The position numbers and the translations under genes are program-made. A stretch of DNA of 60,280 nucleotides, the filler included, from Jimgerdemannia flammicorona (Eukaryota): NCBI GenBank assembly GCA_003990765.1. It is 2 parts of 2 records of this genome, joined end to end, with 100 filler letters (N's around TTAATTAATTAA, not from the genome) between each part and the next. Parts side by side here need not be neighbours in the genome. Positions count along the whole stretch, not along the records: positions 1 to 30,106 come from RBNJ01000454.1; 1 more part is not named here. One strand, written 5' to 3'. This document shows, in pieces, positions 1-12,974 of the stretch. Under the pieces are notes generated by a model. That model did no database searches and had not been told where the DNA came from. It saw only the letters and a list, made by a program, of their open reading frames with translations. Numbering within the stretch: the stretch's first letter is position 1; the number at the start of each line of letters is the position of its first letter.

Positions 1-351
1 GGATCATGCGTTGCTGAGTTATGAAGGAAAACGTCTGAATCGCCGATTTTGGAAATTCTTTGATTTGCCGATTTTGGAAATTTCGTCAAATGGAACGTTT
101 TCCTTAATATCTCGGCAACACGTGATCCGATTTTAATGTTCTTGGTATCATTAGAAAGGCCTTATTAAGGGCTTTCAAATGACACCAAGATTATCAAATT
201 TGGATGATTATTCATCAAGTTATTGATGTAAACATTTAATTGTCTAATTTGGAAATCAAAACAATGGTTGATTCGAATCCGATTCGAATCCGATTCGAAT
301 CCGATTCGAATCCATCCGAATCCCATCCGGATTGACTCGTTCGGAGCACTA
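1..351 (-). mobile_element. End of a hAT-like non-autonomous DNA transposon with palindromic subterminal repeats, inserted into a LINE
   Basis: Minus strand begins TAGTGCTCCGAACGAGTCAATCCGG at 351, a hAT-type TAGTG terminus, exactly where the LINE ORF2 frame (WTKEWG) breaks. It has subterminal (GATTCGAATCC)x4, an inverted repeat 1-34/95-128 and a hairpin at ~140-190. The other end lies outside the window. Confidence 0.55.
270..313. repeat. Tandem palindromic 11-bp repeat (GATTCGAATCC)x4
   Basis: Directly visible; each unit contains the palindrome GATTCGAATC. Confidence 0.95.
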
Positions 352-2745
352 CCCCATTCCTTAGTCCATTCCATCCTATCAGAATTATCCTTGCACCTGA
401 CATCCTGCAAGAGAAAGAGATTGGCCTCCAATCCCTTCAACCAAGTAAAAATGTTCCTGCGTCTAACCATGCCCCTTAGCCCATTCACATTCAAAGAAAA
501 AATGTTGGTTGTACTGTTCATAATGAAATATGGTTTGTTCTCAATCAATCCCTACTGCTCCATGCCCATCTCCTCCTGTGCTATGTCCAGATTATGTTCA
601 GCCCTCACCTCCACCTCTTCAGCCCTCTGAGCCTCCAGTTCAGCCAATATCTCATTCATCTCCTCATCAGCCTTCTCCTCAAACTCCTCTCTGTACTCGA
701 TGCAAGCCTCCTGCCAGAGCTGCAACCCATGACGCCTGTTCCAACAGTACTCAGCCTTCTCTCCAGCAACAACCACCAACTCTGCCTCCCTCTCCTTGTC
801 CACCTCATACCCTTCCTCCTCCAGATACACCACAAGAATTTCCACCTTCAGCGCTATCACCACTCCTTCCTCCTGCAAAATTCTTGCCCAGTGCTCATCA
901 CCCATCCCACGCAGGTCCACCTCCCCCAGCTCTTCTGCTGCCAGGTTATTCATCATCTGGCACATCCAAAGTAGGTTCCCCACCTCCTTCCCACCAGGGG
1001 TCGCTGGCCTCCCTCCATCCAGCATCGTGGTGTCAGCTTCAGCACTTGTGTCCTCATCCCACACCTCTGGGACATCCACCAGTTCCTCCTCCCCGGCCAC
1101 CACTACTTGGTCCCCATCCATTACCTCCGGAATGCTGAATTTCACCTACTGGGTCCCCAGCATCGTCACGTCCTCCCCAGACTTGTGCCTGGAAGCTGGG
1201 CTATGCCTGATAAGAGGGAAAGGGGTGGGGGAGTTCTCCCAGACTTCATCCCAAACCTCCAAGGTGCCATCCACATATGGGTCACTAATCTTCACCTCAT
1301 TTGCCTTCCCTGTCTTTGTCTCATCGTTCCCACTCCTCTCACCAGCCCAGACACTTGCTCCGGCCCCTTCTGCACCTGTCTTCATGATCGCATCCTTCTG
1401 TAGTCCACCCCCCAGTTTAGCCAGCTGATCCTTCTGCCTCTTCCACCCCTGAGCCCTCTCCCACTGTACCTTGTCTACTCGAATCCTCTTTCCATCCACT
1501 ACCTCCAGCTGCATCGACTCCTTGAAAGTCTTTTAGGCTTTATCTCGCTATTCCACAGCCCCATCCAGCTCCTCCAGTGCTTTCAATAAATCCTCCTCCT
1601 CTTCTTCACTTCCTTTCACCCATGTCACTTTGCACAGGAATGCTCCCCAAACCATCACTGAAGGCCAGTCCCTTGTCTTCCCAGTAGCCTCTTTCCTGGC
1701 CAGCTGAATCCTCACATCCATGTCCCCAGTCCTGAGTGTGGTCCCTTCCCAGACCTTGAATCTGATATCCACCACCTCTCCATACTCCACCATAACATCC
1801 TCCACTCTCTTCCTCATCTCCATCACCGTCACCATGGGAACTCCTTTCACCAGCAGTTGGACCACCCTCGGATCCCATTTCAAACACCTCGCCATCGGCA
1901 CACATACCTCCCCAACCACCAGCCCAACCTTCAGTACCTCCTCCAGCAGTTCAATCTCCTCAAAACCCACCTCTACCCCCTCCAGCCCCTTCAGAAACTT
2001 CACCAAGGCCGCTCCTGCCACCTGCTTAGCAATAAGCCCCAACACCATTTTCGCCATCACCGCTAAGCCCCAGAAGTACAGCATGACTGTGAATGCTGAG
2101 ATTGACTTCTTGAGTAACGGAGCTACTGCCAGTCCCATTACACCATCCACCAGGTCCCCGGGCCTCATGCCCTTCCCACCACTCAGCTCACCATCAGCAG
2201 TCCCATCTAGATTTTTTTCCAGATTGCCCATTACACCCCCATCAACAGTCCCCACCCCAGCTGCTACCCCCCCAGCTCCACCCCTATGGCCCTCCAGAGA
2301 GGAATCCCCAAGAGGTTGCTGCCTGGTAGCTTTCACCAGTACCTTCCCCCCTCTCAGCCAGCTCTCCAGTCCAGCTCCCTGCTGACCCCCCTTCACCTTC
2401 TCCACAAAGCTCACCCTGCCAGACTCTTGACCTCCAGCTCCTCCCCCTCCTCCACTGTGGCCTCCCACCAGTAGGCCCCTCATACTTCCCCCCAAGCCGG
2501 GGCCTCTCCCCACTTGCTGCCATTCAAATGCTCCAGGGCCACCCTGCCCAGTATGCACCTCCAGATGCTCATTGGTCGCCATGATACTAGTTGCTTTTCT
2601 CCAGAAACTGTGTTGAAAGTGTTGCCAAAAGATTGTGTAACCTGAATGTTACTGGAGAAAGATGCTGCTGTCTTATTATCTCTTAGATTACTTGCATAGA
2701 ATTGATTGTGAGTGAACTTGACTGAGGGGACTGTATTATACATAT
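352..2745 (-). mobile_element. Tx1/L1-like LINE, 5' part (5'UTR, ORF1, start of ORF2)
   Basis: ORF2 starts at ATG 521 with the APE endonuclease motif FSLNVNGLR...FLLQDVR...W. The upstream ORF1 occupies one frame. ORF2 is cut by the transposon at 351. The 5' boundary is approximate. Confidence 0.85.
552..2582 (-). pseudogene. LINE ORF1 (gag-like), ~677 codons with three in-frame stops
   Basis: Track ORFs 1548..2582, 1146..1514 and 552..1145 are in the same frame, broken by TAG (1548-1550), TAA (1533-1535) and TAG (1146-1148). An RRM-like ORF1 segment reads YGEVVDIRFKVWEGTTLRTGD. Confidence 0.75.
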
Positions 2746-3249
2746 TGTCATGTAGTGGGTACTGAGTCCTTAAAATACATCAGATTCTCTTCAAGGTGTA
2801 TCTCTTAGACTAACTACAAGTTTATTATAAGCAAGTTCTTATTGGAGTGCCTTTCCAAGATCTTATAGTCCTCAAAATTCTTATCTTTAAACTGTCTTGT
2901 TATCTCTTAGATTGCTTGCATGGAATTGAGTATAAGTGAACTTGACTGACTTTATTTCAAAGGAAATAAGAGGAGTATTTATACAAAATATAATTTAATG
3001 ATTACCAAGTTATAAAGCTAAATATAAATTCCAATAACTAAATAAAATACTGGAATACAGAAAACTAGGGTTGTAAGTACAAATTCAAGTATCTGTACAA
3101 ATGGTTGCACAAGTTCAAGATGCCAGTAGATTTCAGTAATATAGAAAAAGGATACTAGAAGAATTTCTGAGTTATATAAGATCAGAATACCAGAAGAATA
3201 ACTGTTATACAGAAAAAGGATGCTGGTAGAATTCAGTGTTATCAAGAAC

Positions 3250-4080
3250 TTAAAGCAGAATGTTCAGGACTATGGGGGCTTCATCCTTATCACTATCATC
3301 AAGGCTAGATGTCAGGGACAGGATCTCTTCAAAGGAGATGAGATCAGTGAATATTTCATCTATTTTGTATACATTGTATATCTCACATATAATGTACATA
3401 TCAATTAGCAGAATGATATCATTGTTGATGATGTCATCATGAGTGATATTATCTTGTTAGGTAGTGGTGAGAGCTCTCTAATCTATGATATTCTCTTCTA
3501 CAAAATAAGGAACAAATGTGGTATCTTGGAAAGCTGAGATCAATCCTTATACAAATTGATCTGAATTGTTCTAGAGGATGGGATTCCAGAACTCTTCTAC
3601 TTCATCACTATTGAGAATAATAGTGGACTGGGCTTCTGTGGCCACTATGGCCTCCAGTGCATTAGTAGGGCAGGCTGATAGTTCCTTGAAGTCTGAGATT
3701 CTAGTATACTCTAAGTTGGGGATTGACCATTGTACATGCCTGAAGATCTGATGAATCTTCTTAGCTATCCTTATTTCATACTCATCTATGGAAGTGGAAT
3801 CTTGTATTTCTTGAGAACTAGTCTGAGGGAATTTCCAGCAGAAGAGATTTTCTATTTCATATTTCTGCTATATTCAGAGACATTTGATAGCAATAGTGAT
3901 CCTTGTTTCCATTTTGCTACAGTATAGAATTTAATGATAAGAGTCACCAATATCTAGGTTAAGGCTAGGAGTTCTTCTTATATAGGTCCTCATAGCTCTT
4001 CTAATATCTAAGAACATCCTTTTCTGAACTAAGAGGCCTTAGTGGTTCCTAGACCTTAAGGTTTGGCAAGGGGCAGACAT
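3250..4080 (-). pseudogene. LTR-encoded ORF (solo LTR copy), decayed
   Basis: ATG at 4080 reads MSAPCQTLRSRNH*GLLVQKRMFLDIRRAMRTYIRRTPSLNLDIGDSYH*IL..M..YEIE. It is homologous to the ORFs in the other LTR copies and to the intact frame at 60037. Confidence 0.7.
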
Positions 4081-4175
4081 TTGTTTGTGGTAAGTCTTTT
4101 GAACTATTTCTGTAAGTCATGTTTGAGTTACTACTACTGTGGTTTCTTGATCCTTCTTTTATATTCCTTGAGATA

Positions 4176-4333
<158 letters not shown>

Positions 4334-4505
4334 ATATTCCTTGAGATATCTGTCTTATGGTCATGATGACTTACAGTTGGTCATTATTATTCATCTTATA
4401 GCCTGGGTGAGTCATGCCATATAAACTTCTTGTGCTCCAATCTGGTGACTTGTAAGAAAAGGCTGTCCCCTTTAATAATGTCATCATTCTGAGATAACCA
4501 TTATA

Positions 4506-6674
4506 CTATATATATAAGGCTATATAATACAATATAAGCAGTAGCACATATTGTAGTACTAGAGAGAGTGTCTAATTAGAGAGAGAGTTATATTAGTTGT
4601 AAATATTGATAAGTAAAAGGTTGGTAGATAAGAGTTGATTAGATAGAAATTGGTGGGTGACTCTGAATAGATCATAGAACTATATCAAAGAGAGGTAAGA
4701 AATTCTAATAGAGAGACAGATCTTACCAGTAGATTACTTGATAGGTAACTAAGTTATAAAAATAGTTCTTTATAGTATAGTATAGTTTTCTCTCACTGGC
4801 CAACTATAGTACTTTATAATATAGAAGTTTGTTACTCACAGAAAAGTCAGTGGTTTTAGTGATTTTACAGATAGTAATAAAGTAAAAGAATAAATTGATT
4901 TCTGACTGGAGATTGTCTGTCTAGATATGAGAGCACTAGTAGAAATAGGTATTAAATTAATAGTAATGCCAAAGAGAGATATAACTAAGATAGGTAGTAG
5001 CTCCTAGAGTTAAGGGTAGAGGTGGTTTTGACAAGATAATATATTAGCAGAATTAGCAGTAAAAGAGATATATTGAACTTGAATGTCAAATCCAAGATTA
5101 AGATAAAGAAGTATAATACAATATAAAAGATCATTGCTAGAGAATAGTAATGAGCTCAACCTCTGATCGATATCTCAATATAAGGCTAGTTATTGCTTTA
5201 AGATAATATACTGGCTATAAAATAAAGATCTCTAGAGTAAAAGAGAAATCCAGATGATAAATATCTCTTTTCAGAAGTTGTTATAATAATAAAGAAGTAC
5301 TAAGAAGAGGGCTAGATAAAAACTCTCTCAGTTGGAGTCACATAGGCCACTAGTATTAAGAGTCTCAGATATATTTATAAATAGACTACAATTTAGCCAA
5401 TTGATTGGAAAAATAGATATTGATCTATCTATAAGTAAAGAATATCCTATCAATACTGTAAATTAGTGACTAAATAAGAATATGAATAGTATTGCTCTAC
5501 TTAGGATAACTTCTACAATACAGCAAAATATATAATAGAGTTACAAAATACTTTTTTATTAGAGAGGACCTGAACTATAATATAAGATAACTAGCAACTG
5601 ACTAGGCTTTATAATAGAAATGTAGACATAGATGATAGAAATAAATAAAGACATCAACTGTTAGTAACCAGTGTCAGAATTTGGATATATTTATCTGCTA
5701 AAAGACTAATATCATATTGAGAGCATCAAGTGGAAAATCCATATATTCAATAATAGAGATAGACAGAATGTCCTTTAAAGGCTTCAGTAGAATACAAAAG
5801 TAAGAAGCAGCTATGTAGAATTATACAAATGAGGAATAAGTACTGATGGTAGATATAAATAAATGAAATTATCTATAAAATATCTCAAAATAGAAAGGTT
5901 ATATAACTATATATAAATTTATATGAATAGATCTATAAGAGAGATAAATATAAAGAGTATAGAGCAAAGACTAAAGGAGAGAAACATTGAAAAAGAAGAG
6001 GCCCAGCCAGCAAATGTCTTATATTACCTAGTCTATATAGTGTACTGGAACTATACAAAAGATCACTTTCATATTGGTCTTTCTAAAGATAGTAGTGGAT
6101 CTCAGTACTACTAACTAATAGATGACTGACTGAATAGACTAGTACTGTATAGAGAATTCAACAGAGTCAATCTCATCATAGACAGATGCCTCTTCAGAGA
6201 AGGAGAGGCCTTGAATTATGCAGAACCTGGTGGAGTATTTCTTTTGAATTATACCTAAGAAAGTATTATGAAATATATAAAATTCCAGAAATAGAGATAG
6301 TAGTAAATGGAAGAAGCTCAGGTATCAATCTATAGCTAACTCAGTGAGTATATTGGATGAGAGAACTTTATAGTAATAAGATACTGAAGTCAGATTATCA
6401 GATAAGAGATTAATAGATAGAACTGAACCAATAGTTAGTCAGAGTAGATGTGAAGAGCTTATTACTATATTGAGATATAATATAGAATGAGAGAAGTAGA
6501 GGATTTTACTGAAATTATGAGATTAGCTATGATAAGAAGAGCATGCCAGATCTATATATAGATCATAATAGAAGAGGCAGATATGAGCTTGACTGTATAG
6601 ATTGTGGGAATACTCTGCCCTATTATATATATAGCAAACTGAGTTAGCCACGCTATTGAAGTAGAGCTAGTTAT
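4506..6674. other. Heavily decayed AT-rich repeat-derived DNA of unknown family (continues at 14601-15812)
   Basis: CpG is nearly absent, TpA is abundant and purines are skewed as in decayed coding DNA. It is split by the gypsy insertion. No recognisable motif. Confidence 0.4.
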
Positions 6675-8304
6675 TTTAATAATGATCTCAGAATAGTGAT
6701 ATCATTACAGAAGACAGTCTTTCCTTACAAGCTACTAGATCTGAGCACAAGAAGATCATACAGTATGACTCACCCAGGCTATAAGATAAGTAATGGTGAC
6801 TAATCATAAGTCATCACAACTACAAAATTGATATCTCAAGAAATATAAAAAAAGGACTAAGGAACCACAGCAGCAATAACTCAAATAAGACACACAAAAT
6901 TCCAAAATAGTTCAAAAACTCACAATAAAAAATACATGCTGCTCATCAAACCTGAAGGTCAAGGAACCACTAAGACTTCTCAGTTCAAGAAAGGATGTTC
7001 TAAGATATAACAAGAGCTATGAGGACCTACTTCTAGCCTCAATCTGGGTACTGGTAATCTATATCACTTTATCCTTAACTACTATGAAATAGAAACAAGA
7101 ATCACTATTACTACAGAATACCTCTAGATGTGGCAGGAATATGAAATAGGAAATATCATCTACTATAAATTCTCTCAGGCCAGTCTCTAAGAGATATAAG
7201 ATACTACTCCTATAAATGTATATAAATTGAGAATAGTTAAAAAGATCCATCAGATCTTCAGACATACATCTTAGTTGATCTCTAACTTTGAGTATATCAG
7301 TATCTCAGACTTTAAGAAATTATCAGCCTGCTACACAGATATACTAGAGACCATAGTAGTCACAGAAGCCCAATCCACCATCACTCTCAAAAGTGATAAA
7401 ATAGGAGAGTTCTGGAATCCCATCCTCGAGGACAATTCTGATCAATTCCTATAAGGATTAATCTTAGTATTCTAAGGCCCCAGTATCCAGGTTAGGCCTC
7501 CTCAATATCCTACCTTTGTCCCCTACTTTGTAGAGGAGAATCTTATAAATTGGAGAGTCTTTGATCTCCTTTCTCCTGCTACTCTTAAATGTGATGACAT
7601 CACCAGTGATGACATCACTGGCAATGATGTCATTTTGCTAATTGATGATATGCATAAAATATATAATATATATGAAATATATAAAATGAATAAAATATTC
7701 ACTGATCTCATTTCCTTCAAAGACATCCTATTCCCAACCTCTAGCCTTGATAGTGGTGAAGATGAAGTCCCCAGAATTTTGAATATTCTGCTCTGAGTTC
7801 TTTGTATAATTATTGAAATTCTTCTGGTATTCTAATCTTGTATAATTCAGAAATTATTCCAGCATTCTGAGCTTATATAACTAATTGAACAAATACTCAA
7901 ATTTGTACTTACAACTGAAGTTTTCTATATTCCAGTACCTTATTTATTTGGTTATTGAAATTTATATTTAGTTTTATAACTTAGTAATAATTGAAATATA
8001 TTTTATATAAATATCTCTTTCATTTCTTTTAAAATAAAGTCAGTTGCAAAGTGGTTAAGTATTCAAACACTCAAGTCTCCAACTACTTAAGAAGTATAGA
8101 AGTTCTAGTCCTCTACTCAATTCCAAGCAAGCAAATCCAGAAGACAATAGAACAATTTAAAGATAAGAAGATTGAGGACTATAAGACCTTGGGAAGGTAC
8201 TCCAATAGAACTTACTTATAAGAAACTTATAATTGGTTTAAGAGATATACCTTGAAGAGAATCTGATATACATACTTGGAGAACTTAACACCTACTACAT
8301 GACA
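6675..8304 (+). repeat. 5' LTR of gypsy family A
   Basis: Direct repeat of 12975-14600; ends TGACA, followed by a decayed PBS-like ACTTGATACTCATTGG. Confidence 0.9.
6932..7796 (+). pseudogene. LTR-encoded ORF (5' LTR copy), decayed
   Basis: Continuous frame ...MWQEYEIGNII...KIHQIFRH...GEFWNPILEDNSDQFL...PPQYPTFVPYFVEENLINW...EDEVPRILNILL*. Most stops are explicable by C>T or G>A changes. Confidence 0.7.
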
Positions 8305-8379
8305 ACTTGATACTCATTGGCTGATAATATTACTAGGATTACTCACTTTTAAGCTATAAAATAAACAACTACCACAATA

Positions 8380-11300
8380 ACTACCCTGACTACAAGAGTC
8401 ACTCCCTGCAAAAATTCAAGATAAGATAGAAATATATCCCCCTATATTCTATAGATTTACTACTGAAGAGTCAATCCTGATCTTCATTATAGACTTTGAA
8501 CAATTTGCTACCATATGAGCTCTTAGTATTGAAGCACAATTGGCCCTTCTACCTATCAGTCTCAGAGGAGCTATCAGAGATAAGTTCAATATAGCTACTA
8601 TTGCTGATACTAGTACAGTCAAACTCAACAATATAAAAAACTTCCTCAGAACCATATACTATACTGAAGAGATCATACAAGCTCTCAAATATTAACTCAA
8701 TACTATCTGTCAGAGACTGAGTGAAGATTCCAACTTATTCTATACCCAAATATATTACTAGATTGTCTTGGCTAGCTATGATGATGCCCTCAAGGAATTT
8801 AATCTTCCTAAAAAGAGGCTACTATAAAATTGCCCTAGTAATCTAATCTACTCTAGCTGCTCTGACCCTTGATCAGAAAGTAGTCTTTCAAAGAGATATT
8901 GAACTACCATATACCCTACTAAATACTTAATAGAAAGAATAACTATTATTAAGGTGGAGCTACCAAAGCCAATTAGTATCATACTTATCATAGCTATTAA
9001 TAAACAATAATCCCCACCTACTCCCAAGATGACCAAAGCTGATCTAGTAGAGGAACTTGCCCAGCTGTTTACTAAGATGACTACACATCTTGGTAATATT
9101 GTTGGAGAAGTATGAAGTACCAACAAGAGACTAGTGCAGAAGTTTGCAATCACTATAGAGGAATACACCATCATATACTTCAAATGTGGAAAAGAAGACC
9201 ACTATGCAAGGAATTGTATGACCAAAACAAGATATAGAGCCCAACTAAGTGATACTATCAGAACTAGAGAATAAACCAATACTATAGTCATTGAGGAGAT
9301 TAGTGATACTGATGATGAAGAATACAATGAGGAGTCTGAATTCTACTCTGTTACTGAAGCTACCAGAACTCAGTCCAAGCTCTATGATATGAAGGGCAAC
9401 AGCAAGCCAGTTGGAAGACCAAAAAAGACCTCAACTATCATTATTCAAAGTAAGACCCAATCTGAGGAGATTGATCAAGATATGGAGTTAGATGAAGCTA
9501 CCTGCCAAATTATTGAAGACACTACTCCAGTCTCAGAAGAAAGTGAAAGCAAGAAAGAACAGAAGCTGCACAAGAGCAAGGTCCACCAGTATGATATTTA
9601 CAAGGACCTCAAGGAACAGAAGGTCAATGCTACTTTTGGACAACTAGCAGAAGTCTCTATCTTCAGACAGCAGTTAAGAGTAGAACTTGTAACCACTGTC
9701 AAGAACCGAGAATACAAGATCATAGAAGCTCACAATGTATAGGAAGATGAATAAGGAGACTTAGGTAAAAAATCTGAAGATCAGTATAAGACCTCAGCCT
9801 ATACTCAGTATCAGATTGAAGATTGTATCTTTGATGCTATCATTGATACTAGTGCTAGAGGATATCTCATGAGTAAGAAGAAAATTAACTGTCTAGACTG
9901 GGATATTGAAGAATCCAACAAAATAGTCCATTATCAAGATTGGAGGAGCTACTATCTCAGTAGATATAATTGTTACAAGTACCACCAACTATAATATTCT
10001 CATTGGTATCTAATGGCTTCAAAAGGCCAAGACTATTATAGACCTCAATGCCCAGAAAATACAGATCAACTATAGAGAAAGAAAAGTATGAGTCTCTATC
10101 AATGTTTACTAAGGAGTACTACCAATATAGAGAAAGGAGATAAAGAGAATACAGAAGTCTTTATGCACTTAGTATACAAGAACAAGAGAAAGGCAACCAA
10201 GCTCACTGATGTGCAGTAGTACAATAAGATCATTAATAGCTATACCCCTTAAGGAAGATGCCCCCATGGTGCTAGGATATACAGCTCTAAACACCTGAAT
10301 GACTGCTGGTTCTGTATCAGTGAAGTCAGAAATATCTGTCAATAAAGGTATGAATAAAAAGCTGCTGAAGCAAAAAAGAAAGCTGAAGAAGATGACCAGC
10401 CCCCAGAGCTATTCTCAGACTTTCATCAGATTGGTCTCACTTAAGATGCCAGTGAGAAATCAGTCTTCATCACATCTAATGCCACCTATATCTATCTACA
10501 AATACTATTTGGAATGTGCAATGCCCCAGTAAGTTCTCAGTAAATGATGAATAGAGTCTTCAGTAATGAAATTGGAAAATGGCTCTTTATCTATATTAAT
10601 AATGTAATCATCTTTAGCAATACCATATGGGGTTATTTCAATTACATACAGCTAGCTCTCAAGAAGTTCAAGGAGTATGGTCTCTACATAAAGCCCAAGA
10701 AGTGCAATTTTGTAGCTTAGGAAATTACCTATCTAGAACACATTATTAATCAGACTGGAATTTATACAGATACTATAAAGATTGAGGCTATTGCAGTATA
10801 CCCAAGACCCCAAACAACTACCAAAGTCTATGCCTTCCTTGGACTGGCCTCTTACTATAGAAGATTTATCAAAGGATATTCCAATATTGTATCATCTATC
10901 TATGAGCTACTGAAGAAAGAGATCAAATTCAAATAGACTAAAGAATATCTAGAAACCTTCAATGACCTCCAGACTAGGTTAACCTAAGCACTCATCCTTA
11001 GAAGACCAGATTGAAACCTAGAGTTCATCCTGCAGACAGATGCAAGTACTATAGGACTTAGAGCAGTACTAGCTCAGAAGAAAGATGGACATAAATATCT
11101 CATCTTCTATGCAAGTCAAGGTACCTATAAAGCAGAACAGAACTATGAGTTATACAAACTTGAATACTTAGCAGTAGTCTGAGCAGTAGATAAGTTCTAC
11201 TACAATCTAGCTAGGAAATACTTCACTATTCAAACAGACCATCCTGCTCTTGCCTGGCTATTTCACACTCTGAACCCCAAAGAAATATATACCAGATAGA

Positions 11301-12600
11301 TTTACAGACTGCAAGAGTATGACTGTATTGTTAAATACTGCTCAGAAAGAACTAATACCAATGCTGATGCACTTTCAAGATACTCCAAAATACCTCCATC
11401 AAGACTATTTAACATAAATAAGGAGCTATACTATAGATTAATCAGCTATCTTGGGCAATAGGAGATGCTCAACCACCTTGAACCCTGAACTATCACAATT
11501 ATCAACTAGACTTAAAAACAATTTGAACTAGACCACACCACACTCAGAAAAGGAGGAAAGCTCATTATATCCAAATATAAGAAGTATTAAGTAATAAAGG
11601 AAGTATATGAACAAGGATACCTAGGAGGAACCAACATATATGACAAGATAAGAAGAACTATATAGTGGCCTAAGATAGAAGAAGACCTGTGCCAATTTGT
11701 CAAAAAGTGTGACAAGTACCAAAAACAGAAACAAGAGCAGTAATATCAGATACCCAGGTCTTCAAGAATTGAGCCCATCTCCTTCTACTATATTGCAATT
11801 GATATAATTGAACCACTACCAGTAACTTTATCAGGAAACTACTATATTATAGTTATTGTAGATCTCTTTATCAAATAGATAGAAGCAGGTGCATTACAAG
11901 AAGCCAATGCTCTCTCTATTGCTGACTTCCTATACTGAGAAATCATCTGGTACTACAAGACACTATGACAAATTACTACAGACTGTAGCACAGAATTTGT
12001 CAACAGATTCTATAAGATAATATATCAGAAATACAATATTCAGCACATCAAGACTACTGTGTATCACTCTTAAGAAAATGGACAGATAGAAAGAACCAAT
12101 AAGACCCTCAAAAACATCCTGACTAAGATCTCAGATATATATGAGAATTGGGATAACTACCTCCCAACTGCCCTTCTGTCTTATAAGATATATAGTCACA
12201 AAGTACATACTTTACCTCAAGGGAACTGCTCTTTAAAGAAGAAGATTCTGATGAAACCTCAGTTACAAATCTAGATCTAATATAGCAATAGATTGACTCA
12301 GAAATCTGGAGAATGTACCAAATCAGAAAGAAGGTATAAGATTATATCATCAAGTCACAAACACTAATAAGAAAGAATGTGGAAAAATATCACAAAACCT
12401 TAGAATCTATTCAAATCAGAGAAAAAGTTCTACTATATTAAAATATACTAGAAGTCTCATAGTCATGAAAACTGGAGCCTAAATGGAAAGGACTCTTCTA
12501 TGTATAAGATGTTAAAAAAGCTATCTTCTGGCTTAGAAAACTCTTAGAGACTATACTGTCTACTACAGTATATAGAAACAGACTCAAGAAGTACTATAAA
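8380..12600 (+). pseudogene. gag-pol remnant of gypsy family A
   Basis: Zinc knuckle FKCGKEDHYARNC (~9180-9217), protease AIIDTSA (~9835), RT IYINNVII (from YIDD, ~10590), RNase H QTDAS (~11033), integrase ERTNKTLK (~12090). Many stops. Confidence 0.88.
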
Positions 12601-12974
12601 CTTATATAAGAGAAGAAAAACACAATGATTACCTATAAAGTTCTAGTCTATGAATCATAACAGTATGTCCTATAATCAGCAAGCAATCTGTCTAGACTAT
12701 TTTCTAAAGAATACAGTACTAGCAACTACTCATCTATGAGACTTTCAAAGCTAGAGGAGTTCAAACCATTAACTAATTAGTTAAGATCAAAATTAGGTCC
12801 TTGCTCTATATGAAGGAAGAAACTCTTTACTATCATACCAAAATCCATAAGAAAGATGCCAGCTTATAAATACCACTTTTCAACCCTCTGCCAGAGATTA
12901 TGGGATCAGCAAATTTTTCAGACTAGACCAATAAATAAGAATGTTTAAGAGAAAATCCTTATTCAGAAGGAAGA

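Noticed and set aside
270..313. CRISPR-like repeat array
   Set aside because: No spacers; simple tandem repeat in eukaryotic TE context.
530..2474. Long Pro/Ser-rich + strand ORFs
   Set aside because: Antisense shadows of the G-rich LINE ORF1.
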